A stretch of 63,225 nt of DNA from an uncultured virus (IMG/VR IMGVR_UViG_3300005530_000001) (lineage: Duplodnaviria > Heunggongvirae > Uroviricota > Caudoviricetes): IMG/VR virus record IMGVR_UViG_3300005530_000001. One strand, written 5' to 3'. The notes below the pieces were generated by a model, which searched no databases, had not been told where the DNA came from, and worked only from the letters and a program-made list of their open reading frames with translations. How positions within the stretch are numbered: the first letter of the stretch is position 1; each line of letters begins with the position of its first letter. The translations under genes were made by a program, and so were the position numbers. This document shows, one piece after another, positions 1 through 9,521 of this stretch.

Positions 1-1
1 G

Positions 2-169
2 TGGGTGCCGGGGCCCGAGTTGGCCACGCCCGCGGTCGGCGGCAGTGAAGGCCTGCGCCGCGTCCGCGAGCTACGCGAGCCCCGTTACGGCGGCTACAAG
101 TACGAGCGCCGCCGCATGTCCGGCTCGGACGCCTACGAGTACCGGCTGCCGAAGGACGGGCAGGACTAG
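2..169 (+). CDS. Partial CDS (3' end), small winged-helix-like phage protein
   Basis: Frame-2 translation WVPGPELATPAVGGSEGLRRVRELREPRYGGYKYERRRMSGSDAYEYRL ends at TAG 167-169, overlapping the next GTG. Confidence 0.5.
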   Translation, partial: WVPGPELATPAVGGSEGLRRVRELREPRYGGYKYERRRMSGSDAYEYRLPKDGQD

Positions 170-447
170 TGGCTCGCGCCTGGTCCGACAACGAAGAGGC
201 CTCGCCGCTGGCCCGCGCCCGCGGTGTCGCCCGCGCGCTCTGGCAGCAGTTCCACCGCGCGCTCGACCGGAAGTATTACCTGGTCGCCACGCTCCGGCAT
301 GACCGGCGCCTGACCCCCGAGGATCAGCACCGGATCGGCGGCATCCTGGCTGAGATCAATGAGCACCTGGGGGAGTTGGATGGGCGCCTGGAGGCGGCAG
401 AGCTAGTAATCAAACGGATCTTGACAAGGACGAGCCACGAACAGTAG
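169..447 (+). CDS. Hypothetical protein
   Basis: 92-aa ORF coupled to the upstream stop; helical composition. Confidence 0.55.
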   Translation: MARAWSDNEEASPLARARGVARALWQQFHRALDRKYYLVATLRHDRRLTPEDQHRIGGILAEINEHLGELDGRLEAAELVIKRILTRTSHEQ

Positions 448-450
448 TCT
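421..450 (+). promoter_or_regulatory. Putative sigma70-type promoter for the ParB-like gene
   Basis: TTGACA (421-426), 18-nt spacer, TAGTCT (445-450); GGAGG RBS before ATG 507. Confidence 0.4.
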
Positions 451-506
451 CCCAACCCAGTACCCGCGCACCAATGTGGTGCGCGCAACCCAAAGGGAGG
501 TAGCGC

Positions 507-1865
507 ATGCTTGTCGAACTGAAGTCCCTCAAGCCCAATCCCCTCCGCGACTTCACAGTCGACCCAGTTGACGAAGACCGCGTCAAAGACCTGAAGGGCT
601 CCATCGAAGAAGATGGATTCTGGGGCGGTGTAGTCGGCCGTCGCATCAAGGGGGGCGAGATCGAGGTCGCCGCTGGCTGGCACCGAGTGAAGGCTGCGAT
701 CGCCGCCGGGCTGCGCTCGGCTGACATCTTCATTGCCCCCCAGATGACGGACGGCGACATGGTCCGGATCTACTCCCGGGAGAACGCGACCCAGCGGGGG
801 AACAGCGGCACCGCCCAGGCCGGGAGTATCGCCGCCGCTGTGCGTATCCTGGCGAAGGCTCTGGCGACTGGCAATCTATCCCCAATTGGGGATAGATTCA
901 CCAAGCGCGCCATCGAGGTCGCTGCCGGAACGATGGCTTCCGGGGACGGGATCGGCGCCCCCATCATCGAAGAGCTTCTCGATGGGATTCCTGGCATGTC
1001 GAAGCGGCTCATCTCTGAGCAACTGTCTATCCTTAAGGCCTCGGGACAGTACGACCGGATCATCGCGGAGGTCAAGGAGGAGATCGAGGAAGAGAACCGG
1101 GAGGCCCTCGCCAAGCTCAAAAAGGCCGAGGAGGAGCAGCGCAAGGCTGACGAGCAGGCAGCGAAGGCCGAGGCCGAGCGCAAGGAGGCGGCGGCTAAGG
1201 CCAAGGCCGCCAAGGCGGAGGCAGACAGGAAGCGGGCGGAACTCGCGGAGCGCCGGGCCGAAGAGGAGGCCAAGCTAGCCGCGAAGCGCCAGCAGGAGGC
1301 GAAGGCTGGGCTCAAGCAGTTCGAGGACCTCAAGAAGACCCGCGACGTCCTGGACAAGGCCACCACAGACACAGACACCAAGCGACCGGTCACATTCGAC
1401 CAGGTCGGAGTCTTGAAGCACATCAAGACCTCCGGGCTCGTCAGCGTATTTAAGGACATGGTCACGAGCCCCGGAGTGCGTCCCTACTGTTCCGTCTCGC
1501 AACAGGCCCGAGTGGCTCGGGACCTCGTAGCGGAAGCGGGCCACGACAGCGAGGGCAGGAGCAACCTCACGGCTGCTTTCATTCGCGAGAAGATCATCAC
1601 CATTGCCCGCTATGGCCGGAAGGACAGCGTTGTCCGCTCCAAGGAGGAGCGTGAGGAGCGTGAGCGGGCCGACACGGTTGCTAGGTATCGGCGCCTGGTG
1701 GAAGAGTTCGGCACCGCTCTCCGGGCGATGATCCGGACCGGCAACGACCTCGCGAAGCTAGAAGAGAAGTGGCCACGTGGCGAGAAGAAGCCTATCTCGA
1801 TGGCCCTGCGGCACGACGTGGAACTGGCGAAGAAGATCATCGACCGCATGTACCGTACCTTCTAA
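507..1865 (+). CDS. ParB/Srx N-terminal domain protein with long coiled coil
   Basis: LKPNPLR...DLKGSIEEDGFW...EVAAGWHRVKAA...ENATQR ParB-type motifs; A/E/K-rich coiled coil; GGAGG RBS. Confidence 0.8.
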   Translation: MLVELKSLKPNPLRDFTVDPVDEDRVKDLKGSIEEDGFWGGVVGRRIKGGEIEVAAGWHRVKAAIAAGLRSADIFIAPQMTDGDMVRIYSRENATQRGNSGTAQAGSIAAAVRILAKALATGNLSPIGDRFTKRAIEVAAGTMASGDGIGAPIIEELLDGIPGMSKRLISEQLSILKASGQYDRIIAEVKEEIEEENREALAKLKKAEEEQRKADEQAAKAEAERKEAAAKAKAAKAEADRKRAELAERRAEEEAKLAAKRQQEAKAGLKQFEDLKKTRDVLDKATTDTDTKRPVTFDQVGVLKHIKTSGLVSVFKDMVTSPGVRPYCSVSQQARVARDLVAEAGHDSEGRSNLTAAFIREKIITIARYGRKDSVVRSKEEREERERADTVARYRRLVEEFGTALRAMIRTGNDLAKLEEKWPRGEKKPISMALRHDVELAKKIIDRMYRTF

Positions 1866-1905
1866 CCTGCGCACCGCTGTGGTGCGTGTAAACCAGGAGG
1901 AGACC

Positions 1906-2559
1906 GTGACGGCACTCCCCAAGTACACGCTAGAGCAGGCGGCAAAGCGGTTTCTGGCAGAATATCCTATCGGCGCATTGCTGAAGCCGGAGGAGTTCGA
2001 TGAGTGGGCCCGGAAGCATGGCCTGCTTAACTCGCCGCCGCCAGATGTTCCCAGGAACTCGGACATCTGGCTCGCTCATCTTCAGCGTCGGCATCAGTTC
2101 CGCTATCACTTGAATCGTGTGGCCATGCGTCCACTGGTCGGGAACGAGGAGGACCGAACTCCCTTCGTCATCGAGATGGCTGGCGGAGGCACTGGACTGC
2201 TGGAGGTGCGGACTCCGGCGATGGCTGTCTCGAAGAACCGCATCGCGACCCGCGTCAGTTCCCTCGTTGTGACGAAGCGCCGCCAGCTTCAGCAGCTTCT
2301 CAAGTCGGCGGATTGGACGGCCCTGCCGCCATACGAGAAGATCTTCGCGGAGACTCTCTATCGCAGCATTGACCGCTTCGCCAAGCGGACGCTAGACGAC
2401 TCCAATGAACTGAATGAGCAGTTCCAGGAGCTTGCCGCGAAGCTCCGGGCTGCGATCGAGATTGGCGCGGTGAAGTCGATGAATCACGGCATTGCCGGTA
2501 TCCTCGATGCGCCGCAGACCGACGAGGAGCCGGAGCCGGATGGAGAGCCAGGTGGCTAG
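1906..2559 (+). CDS. Hypothetical protein
   Basis: AGGAGG RBS at 1895-1900 and in-frame GTG at 1906. Confidence 0.7.
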   Translation: MTALPKYTLEQAAKRFLAEYPIGALLKPEEFDEWARKHGLLNSPPPDVPRNSDIWLAHLQRRHQFRYHLNRVAMRPLVGNEEDRTPFVIEMAGGGTGLLEVRTPAMAVSKNRIATRVSSLVVTKRRQLQQLLKSADWTALPPYEKIFAETLYRSIDRFAKRTLDDSNELNEQFQELAAKLRAAIEIGAVKSMNHGIAGILDAPQTDEEPEPDGEPGG

Positions 2560-2884
2560 GGCGAGGGCAGACCACCGGCAAGCCGGACGCTTCGGCCCTC
2601 GCGAAGAGCGCGACAGGGCGCTAGCGCAGGTCGAAGCGAATGCTCTGCCAGAGTGGACCGACCGGGCAAAGTCGATGCTGGTCAAGTTCGCGTCCAGGCG
2701 GAGGCCCTTCACCACCGACGACTTCTGGGATAGCGGCCTCGAAAAGCCACGAGAGCCTCGGGCTATCGGGCCAGTTATCATGTGGGGCCTGCGGAGCGGC
2801 AGGATCAAGTGGACAGGGCGTCTGGTGAAGTGTCGCTATGCCAGCCGTCATCATACAGACATTAAGGAGTGGATCGGTGGATAG
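2552..2884 (+). CDS. Phage winged-helix-like hypothetical protein
   Basis: RDRALAQVEANA...FTTDDFW...PREPRAIGPV pattern; start could be 2540 or 2552. Confidence 0.6.
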   Translation: MARARADHRQAGRFGPREERDRALAQVEANALPEWTDRAKSMLVKFASRRRPFTTDDFWDSGLEKPREPRAIGPVIMWGLRSGRIKWTGRLVKCRYASRHHTDIKEWIGG

Positions 2885-3200
2885 CCCTGACGGCACGCGG
2901 AGGGCTCAGGCCGTGTTCGATTCGCTGGTGCAGCGGGCGCGTGGCACGAATAGGGAGCGCGATTCCAACGACCGTGCCCATGGGCTAGCCGCGCCAGGGG
3001 ATCGCTCGGGACATCTCCTTGGTGATGGTGGCGGCGGGGTGCTCGCTGACTATGCCGCGTTTGTCGTCCTCGCCGATACTGCCCGCATGGCTATCGAGGC
3101 TGGCCTCCGGATGCGGGATTGGGACTGTGTTGCCGAGGGCTACGTCATGCTCCTGGATGACCTGCTGCCGCGTCTCAAGGAACGCTTCCCGGTAAGGTGA
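2877..3200 (+). CDS. Hypothetical protein
   Basis: AAGGAG RBS then GTG; stop overlaps the next gene (GTGA). Confidence 0.55.
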   Translation: MDSPDGTRRAQAVFDSLVQRARGTNRERDSNDRAHGLAAPGDRSGHLLGDGGGGVLADYAAFVVLADTARMAIEAGLRMRDWDCVAEGYVMLLDDLLPRLKERFPVR

Positions 3201-3652
3201 AGCGCTCCCGCCTCCGCCGCGGCCCCTGGCGCCGCAAGAAGAACCGGCCGCCGCGGCCGGGGGAAACGAGCAAGCCGCCCAGCAATCTGGCCTGGCGGAA
3301 GCTCTGCCTGCTCGTGCGGAAGCGGGACCGCGAGCTATGCGTCCGCTGCGGCCGTCCCGCTCTCGGCGCCTCCGGCCACGTCGATCACGTGTGGCCGCGG
3401 CGGCTCTTCGCCCAGGGCGAGCAGGATCTCCGCGATCATCTGAGCAATCTCATGTTGCTGTGCCTCGATCACCACAGCGAGAAAACGCAGCGGATCGAGC
3501 AAGCCTTGTACGCAGGTGATCTCGTCACGTTCCTGGCCTGGCTCGGGCCGAGCCTCGTGAAGCCGGAGCCGCTCATCCGCACGACGGCGATCGACGGCCT
3601 CCTGCGCCTTCTGCGCCGCGCTGGCACCACGCCCGAAGGATTCCCGGCATGA
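3197..3652 (+). CDS. HNH endonuclease
   Basis: RDRELCVRCG...HVDHVWP...NLMLLCLDHHSEKT. Confidence 0.85.
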   Translation: MKRSRLRRGPWRRKKNRPPRPGETSKPPSNLAWRKLCLLVRKRDRELCVRCGRPALGASGHVDHVWPRRLFAQGEQDLRDHLSNLMLLCLDHHSEKTQRIEQALYAGDLVTFLAWLGPSLVKPEPLIRTTAIDGLLRLLRRAGTTPEGFPA

Positions 3653-4242
3653 GCGAGCCAATCCCCGGCAAACTGACGGACACCAGCCTCCACCTGGAGC
3701 CCGGCATCTCGCTCCAGCAGTGGGCGCGGGCGGGCGAGACCATCGGCCTCATGCACCGCGGCAGTCCCTTCTGGCTCGGCGACTGGCTGGTCTACGGGGA
3801 GGATCGGTTCGGCGAGAAGCACGCTCAGTACGTGGAGGAGACCGGCCTCAGCGTGCGGACGCTGCTCGCGCGGGCCCGGATCTCGCGCCTGGTCCCGCCC
3901 GAGCGACGGCGCGACGACCTGAGCCTCACGCACCACGCGATGGTGGCGGGCTTGCTGCCGCACCAGCAGACCGAGTTGCTGGCCCGAGCCTCGCGCGAGG
4001 GGCTCGACACCACCGCGTTCCGCGCGTTGGTGCAGGCCGCCGACACGCGCCCGAAGCCCGCCAACCGGCGGCCCTCGCTGGGGGAGATGGGCGACACCCT
4101 GGCGGATGCCGCCAAGCTGCTCCTCCAGGCGCTCGATGCCCCGGTCGATGCGACGCATCTGCCCAGCACGCGGCGGGATCTGATCGACGCGATCGCGCGC
4201 TGGGAGACGCGGCGCGAAGGCCCGCAAGGAGAGGACCCATGA
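3649..4242 (+). CDS. LmbU-like DNA-binding protein
   Basis: FWLGDWLVYGEDRFGE...GLSVRTL...RRRDDLSLTHHAMVA resembles the LmbU family signature. Confidence 0.7.
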   Translation: MSEPIPGKLTDTSLHLEPGISLQQWARAGETIGLMHRGSPFWLGDWLVYGEDRFGEKHAQYVEETGLSVRTLLARARISRLVPPERRRDDLSLTHHAMVAGLLPHQQTELLARASREGLDTTAFRALVQAADTRPKPANRRPSLGEMGDTLADAAKLLLQALDAPVDATHLPSTRRDLIDAIARWETRREGPQGEDP

Positions 4243-4511
4243 CCCGTCCCCGCGATCCCGTCAAGCGCGCGCTCCAGGTCGAAGCCGTCTATGCGTACCT
4301 CTTCGGCTGGCTGTTCCGTCTGTTCCGGCGCCGGTAAAAACACCAACGGCGCCGGGCCCGAGCAACGTCCCCAGGTCCCGACGCCGCGGTGCGGGATGGT
4401 GCTACATCACAAGGACACCTGCATGCTCCGCTACCCTCGCACAATCTGCGCACGCGAGTCAACGGGAAGGAAGAAATGGCAGGCTTTCCGATGCCTTCGA
4501 GACCAGTCGAG

Positions 4512-4540
4512 TTATCCCCAGCGTTATCCACATATCCACA
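4512..4540 (+). promoter_or_regulatory. Three tandem DnaA boxes (candidate replication origin)
   Basis: TTATCCCCA 4512-4520, perfect TTATCCACA 4524-4532, ATATCCACA 4532-4540, in the intergenic gap upstream of the initiator gene. Confidence 0.7.
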
Positions 4541-4758
4541 ACGCGCTCCACCCGCGGCGGCTGGGGGTAGCTCCATTTCTGCCCCACTACCTGTCGTGCT
4601 TGTGAGTTTTTGCTGGACAGGTCGTGGGCCGCTTCGCTACGTTCCGGTCCGTCCCTCCTTTCGCGCTGATTCAACAATGCTGAGCCCTGCCTGGTCAGCG
4701 CGCGGTGCACCCCCTGCGCAGGAGGGACGATGGTTCTCCGATCCGTCCGGACGTCGGC

Positions 4759-5838
4759 ATGACCTGGGCGAAATTCGATGACAACTTCTGGGACCACCCG
4801 AAGATCCTCGCGGTGGGCCCGATCGGGGAACTCATCCAGCATCGCGCTATCGGCTACTGCGCGCGCTACCTCACGGACGGCTTCCTCCCGACCCCCGCGG
4901 TGAGTAAGTTCACGGCCGACCTCGGGACCCTCTCGATAGCTGGAGTCATGGCATCAGCCATCGACTGGCCGACGCGCATGATCCAGGCGGGCCTCTGGCT
5001 GGCCACGGAAGGAGGCTATCGCGTCAAGAATTTTCTCGACTATAACCGCTCAAAAGAACAGGTGGAACGAGAGCGCGAGGAGAAGCGAGAAGGCGGACGG
5101 AAAGGCGCGCGAAGCCGGTGGACGCAGGGTATAGCTGACACGATGGCTGATGCCATAGTCGATCCCAACCCCCCTTCCGATGCTCCCGACCCGTCCCGTC
5201 CCGTCCTGTCCTGTCCTGTCCTAGACCCGACCACGACAGAACCTTCAGAACCTTCCGGGGCTCGCGCCCCGGCGCGCCGACCGAAGCGGGCCCCGAAGCA
5301 TCCGCCCGGCTGGACCAACCCGACCTGGGAGGCGTATCGCGCCGCCTACGTGGCGCGGTATCCCGGCGCCGACCCGCCGCGCAGCGAGCCGGTAAATCGC
5401 GCGCTCGTGCAGCTTCAGGAACGCATCGGCGTGGACGCGGCGCCCCACGTGGCCGCGCACTACGTGCAAAGCAATTTCCGCTGGTACGTGGCCAAGGGGC
5501 ATGACGTCGAGTGGCTCGTGCGGGATTGCCAGAAGCTCCACACGGAATGGCTGACCGGCCGTCGGATCAGCGAACGGCAAGCGCAGCGCGCGGACGATCG
5601 GCAGGAGCGCGGCAGTGTGGCGGCAGAACTCATCGAGGAAATCCGACAGGAGCGCAACGGCCATGGACGAGGAACTCGTGATGGCGATCACGGTCACGCT
5701 GGAGCTAACGGGTACCAACCTCAGCAAGGACGCCATCCGCGTCATGCTCCAGCACCTGAGCGACTACCCGCGGGCCGCGGTGCTGCAGGCCCTGGTCCGC
5801 TGTCAGATCGAACTCCGCCGCCCGATGTCGATCGCTGA
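4759..5838 (+). CDS. Phage replication initiator (HTH-type)
   Basis: N-terminal WAKFDDNFWDHPKI...YCARYLTDGFLP typical of phage initiators; Pro-rich linker; followed by a loader-like gene. Confidence 0.75.
   Translation: MTWAKFDDNFWDHPKILAVGPIGELIQHRAIGYCARYLTDGFLPTPAVSKFTADLGTLSIAGVMASAIDWPTRMIQAGLWLATEGGYRVKNFLDYNRSKEQVEREREEKREGGRKGARSRWTQGIADTMADAIVDPNPPSDAPDPSRPVLSCPVLDPTTTEPSEPSGARAPARRPKRAPKHPPGWTNPTWEAYRAAYVARYPGADPPRSEPVNRALVQLQERIGVDAAPHVAAHYVQSNFRWYVAKGHDVEWLVRDCQKLHTEWLTGRRISERQAQRADDRQERGSVAAELIEEIRQERNGHGRGTRDGDHGHAGANGYQPQQGRHPRHAPAPERLPAGRGAAGPGPLSDRTPPPDVDR
5186..5220 (+). repeat. 7x pentamer tandem repeat (CCGTC/CTGTC) inside the initiator linker
   Basis: ccgac ccgtc ccgtc ccgtc ctgtc ctgtc ctgtc. 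Confidence 0.85.
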
Positions 5839-6379
5839 TGTGCTGGATCGCCTGGACGACGGCCGCCCCGGGCCGGAGGAGGCCTGGGCGATGATCGCGC
5901 GGGCGACCGAAGACGACACCGTGGTGTGGACGACGGAGATGGCCGAGGCGTGGGCCGCGGCCCGGTTCATCCTGACCGATCAGGTGTCGGCGCGGATGGC
6001 GTTCCTCGAAGTCTATCGCGAGCGGATCGCCATCGGCCGCAGCCATCGGCGCGCCCCGCGCTGGGAAGCCTACCTCGGCCTCAATCCCGCCACCCGCGCC
6101 CCCGCCATCGAAGCGGCGGTGCTGGCCGGACGGCTCACCGTGGCCCAGGCCAAGGGCGCGCTGCCGCCCCACGAGTGGCCAAGGGCCTGGCAGGCCGACC
6201 GCGCGCTGCCCGAGGGCGCGCTGCGACTGGAGGAACTCCAGGCGATGGTCGGGGCCCTCATCGCGCGCTTCCAGGACAAGGCGCGCACGCTCGCGCTCCA
6301 GCCGCGCCCCGAGATCCTGCCGCCCGCGGACGAGGACTCGCTGCGCGGGGCCCTGGAGGCCCGGTGGCGGACACCCTGA
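5663..6379 (+). CDS. Putative helicase loader / replication partner
   Basis: AITVTLELTGTNLS...LDDGRPGPEEAWAM; AGGAG RBS; position directly after the initiator. Confidence 0.6.
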   Translation: MDEELVMAITVTLELTGTNLSKDAIRVMLQHLSDYPRAAVLQALVRCQIELRRPMSIADVLDRLDDGRPGPEEAWAMIARATEDDTVVWTTEMAEAWAAARFILTDQVSARMAFLEVYRERIAIGRSHRRAPRWEAYLGLNPATRAPAIEAAVLAGRLTVAQAKGALPPHEWPRAWQADRALPEGALRLEELQAMVGALIARFQDKARTLALQPRPEILPPADEDSLRGALEARWRTP

Positions 6380-6759
6380 GCCTCTGGATTCCGGTGCCAC
6401 CCCGGAGCCCGAACAACCCGATCCCGACCACCCGCGGGCGGATGGCCCACGTCAAGGCCGAGCGGGAGCGCGCCTACGTGTGCGCGGTCGCCGCCCGCAA
6501 CGGCCCGGGCGGGCGCACCTTCCCGGGCCCGGCCCGGATCGAGGTGACGCTCTACCTCTGCCGGAAGCGGGACCCCTACACCAACCTCACGAGCCTCAAG
6601 GCCACCGTCGACGGCATCTGCAAGGCCCTCCTGCCACAGGGCGACGGGCCCGAGACCACGTACACCTGGGTCCCGCCGATCCAGGTGCAGGTCAAACACA
6701 AGGCGGAGCAGGGGATTCGGATCACCATCACCGATCTTGAAAATTCTTCTGGACAGTGA
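6364..6759 (+). CDS. RusA-like Holliday junction resolvase (divergent)
   Basis: IPVPPRSPN...GPARIEVTLY...RKRDPYTNL...KATVDGI...GIRITITDL layout. Confidence 0.6.
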   Translation: MADTLSLWIPVPPRSPNNPIPTTRGRMAHVKAERERAYVCAVAARNGPGGRTFPGPARIEVTLYLCRKRDPYTNLTSLKATVDGICKALLPQGDGPETTYTWVPPIQVQVKHKAEQGIRITITDLENSSGQ

Positions 6760-6843
6760 CTGTCCGGCCTGCTACAAGGTAGCTGTGAGCAGCGCACCGA
6801 TCCTCGGGTGGCCCGGGATGGCCGCCCCACAAGGAGACCCTCG

Positions 6844-7908
6844 ATGAAGACAGGCCGCGACCTCCCCGCCGTGATCCAGCAAGTCGACCAGGACCGCCAG
6901 AGCCGCAAGGACTATCTGGCCCCGACCTCCAAGCTGCGCGTCGTCGTGGACGACGGCATCAAGCTCGCCGGGCTCAACGGCGACGCCTACGGGTTCACCC
7001 CGTTCGCGCACGGCCAGGTGGCGCAGGACCTGGCGATCCCGAAGGTCTACTACGACCGGATGCGCCAGGCGGCGCCCGGCCTCCTGGCCGAGAACGTCAA
7101 CCACTGGCTCCAGGCCGAAGAGCGCACCCGGCTGGTCCGCACCCTGCGGGGCGACACCCGCGGCTGGCTCTCGGACCGCTACCGGGCGCTCGACAACTGG
7201 GATCTCCTCGGTGCCGCGCTGCCCACGCTCAAGAGCAAGGGCTGCGAGATCGTCTCCGCGGAGATCACCGACACACGCCTCTACATCAAGGCGGTCTACC
7301 CGGGGCTGCAGCGCACGGTGACCAGCAAGCGCGGCGACGTCGTGCAGGCGGGCGTCATCGTCCGCAACAGCGAGATCGGCGACGGCGCGCTCGCCATCGA
7401 CCCCTTCGCCTACATCCTGGCCTGCTTGAACGGGGCGATCTTCGAGGACGCCCGCTTCAAGAAGCACCACATCGGCCGTCGCGCCTCCGCCGAGGCCGAG
7501 ACCTACCAGCTACTCACCAGCGAAGCGAAGGAGGCGGGCGACAAGGCCTTCTGGCTGAGCGTGCGGGACATCGTCGCGGGCGCCTTCGATGAGGCGCGCT
7601 TCGACCGGCTCGTGGGCCGGATGAACGAGGCGACCGAGCAGCCCGCGGTGCCGAAGGGCGTGAAGGTCGAGCAGTTCGTGCAGGACGTGACCGCGCAGTT
7701 CGCGCTGCCGCAGTCGGAGGCCGACGAGATCCTCCGGCACTTCATCGACGGCGGGGACCTCTCGACCTGGGGGCTCAGCAACGCGATCACCGCGCGCAGC
7801 CAGGAGGTGGAGAGCTACGAGACCGCGACTCAGATGGAGAAGGCAGGCGGCGTGGTCATCGAGTTGCCGCGGAGTCAGTGGAGCCGCGAGGAGGCGGTCG
7901 CGGCGTAG
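6844..7908 (+). CDS. DUF932-family protein
   Basis: AAGGAG RBS; RGWLSDRYRALDN...RNSEIGDG...LACLNGAI...WGLSNAIT motifs. Confidence 0.75.
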   Translation: MKTGRDLPAVIQQVDQDRQSRKDYLAPTSKLRVVVDDGIKLAGLNGDAYGFTPFAHGQVAQDLAIPKVYYDRMRQAAPGLLAENVNHWLQAEERTRLVRTLRGDTRGWLSDRYRALDNWDLLGAALPTLKSKGCEIVSAEITDTRLYIKAVYPGLQRTVTSKRGDVVQAGVIVRNSEIGDGALAIDPFAYILACLNGAIFEDARFKKHHIGRRASAEAETYQLLTSEAKEAGDKAFWLSVRDIVAGAFDEARFDRLVGRMNEATEQPAVPKGVKVEQFVQDVTAQFALPQSEADEILRHFIDGGDLSTWGLSNAITARSQEVESYETATQMEKAGGVVIELPRSQWSREEAVAA

Positions 7909-8202
7909 CAGGCGAGGCTCGGCGCGGCGTGCTGCGCGACGGGGCGGCATGCCGAGCCCGGGTGCGGGGGGTGGGGCGCGGAAATGACATGGCAGACGCG
8001 GTGAGGCGAGGCTTGGCACGGTGTGGTGCGGCTTGGCGGGGACAGGCGAGACGCACGTGGCTCGGTGAGGTCGGGTGGCGCACCATCGTGTGATGGCTAG
8101 GCTAGACATGGTGTGGCTTGGCTAGGCCAGGCCGGGCGAGGCTGGGCGCGGCGGTCATGGCCGGGCATGGCGGGGCGCGGCGAGGCGCGGCTGGACAAGG
8201 CT
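7909..8202 (+). repeat. Degenerate GGCNN pentamer array (non-coding)
   Basis: e.g. GGTGA GGCGA GGCTT GGCAC GGTGT GGTGC GGCTT GGCGG and GGCTT GGCTA GGCCA GGCCG GGCGA GGCTG GGCGC; ends at an A-run plus GGAGG RBS. Confidence 0.85.
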
Positions 8203-8215
8203 AAAAAAGGAGGAA

Positions 8216-9031
8216 ATGAAACTGGGGACGTGGCAGACCATCCGCCGCGACGACAACCTGATCGTGATGTCTGATCAGGACGTGCCGTTGCGGGTGGTCT
8301 GCTCGGCCGACGTCGGGGGTGACACCGTCGCCATTCTCCGGCGGGATGCGCACTGGGCCCGGAACCCGAAGTCCTACTACATGCCCGCCACGCTCGTGCT
8401 GGCGCTCTTGCGGAAGGAAGCGGCAGGCTGGAAGCTCCGCTGGCTCGCGGAGGCGCCCGTCCGGATGGCGCACTGAGGAGATCATGCCGAAGATCCATCA
8501 TATTGACATGGACATCGAGATCCCGGATCAGGTGGGCGCGGTGCCCAAGGTCTCGATCCGGTGCGGCACGCTCAAGGGCACCGATCTGCTCTTCCATCTC
8601 AACAACGTGGCCGAGCACATTCGCGTCGGGGTCGCGCAGGCCAACGTGATGGAGGCGCTGGGGCTGAACCTCGACGGCACGCCGAAGGTGGCCCTGGCCC
8701 AGCCCGCGCACCTGCCGCGCATGCGTCCGTGAACGACGACGGCCGGATCGTCAGCGTCGAGAAGCGGGAGGGCCTGCTGCTCTACTCGGACAGCGCCGGA
8801 CACGAGGGGCTGCGCGTGGTGGCGCATCTGTCGGTGACGATGGCGGCGCCCGCGGAGGGCCAGATCCCCGCGCCCGTGCCGGGGGCCGGGCAGGTGGTGT
8901 GGGTGACGCACGGGCCCTTCGGGGCCATTGTGGAAGCGCTGGCGAACTACTACCTTCACAGTCCCGGGGTCAAGGACGCCGTCGACGGCATGTTCGTGAG
9001 CCTCGCGAAGAAACGGGCGAACGTCGTATGA
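8216..9031 (+). CDS. Three small hypothetical proteins (8216-8476, 8484-8732, 8729-9031)
   Basis: RBS-preceded or stop/start-coupled ORFs. Confidence 0.6.
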
Positions 9032-9303
9032 GCTACCGTGCTGCGCTGTTCCTCTCCGCGCTCCTGATCTCGCTGGCGCTGGGCTTCTGCGTGGCTCATG
9101 GCCAGCCGAAGCAGCCGCCCATCCGCATCGACACCTACGACCCGAAGAGCAATCGCACCGGCTACGCGACGGTCGATCCCCAGACTGGGCGGATCGACTT
9201 CTACGATACGAAGTCCAATCGCGTCGGCTCTGGCCACGTCACCGTCCCGCCCCCGCCGCCGACCCCCACGCCGACGGCGCCCCCGAAAGGACCGCGTCCA
9301 TGA
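9028..9303 (+). CDS. Small secreted protein with internal duplication
   Basis: Hydrophobic signal peptide; IDTYDPKSNRTG / IDFYDTKSNRVG repeats; Pro-Thr tail. Confidence 0.7.
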   Translation: MSYRAALFLSALLISLALGFCVAHGQPKQPPIRIDTYDPKSNRTGYATVDPQTGRIDFYDTKSNRVGSGHVTVPPPPPTPTPTAPPKGPRP

Positions 9304-9521
9304 CCCACGCGCTGATCGCCCTCGAACTGGCGGCGCACGATTGCCTGATGGCGGAGTTGGTGACGCGGCGGGCGGCGCTCGTGCAGGCCCAGGCCGCGCT
9401 GAGTCAGGGCGATCCGTTTGCGGAGGTGGAGGCGCTCCTGCGCGCGCAGATGCCGACCCTGCTGGTCGAGGTGCGGTGCGATCGCTGCGAGATGCCCGCC
9501 TTCATCTGCACCTGCACATGA
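9300..9521 (+). CDS. Hypothetical protein with C-terminal Cys cluster
   Basis: CDRCEMPAFICTC; ATGA coupling on both sides. Confidence 0.55.
   Translation: MTHALIALELAAHDCLMAELVTRRAALVQAQAALSQGDPFAEVEALLRAQMPTLLVEVRCDRCEMPAFICTCT

Noticed and set aside
9028..9303. Host assignment from gene content
   Set aside because: High GC, a lipoprotein, a Tat signal and DnaA boxes indicate a GC-rich bacterium but do not identify a phylum without searches
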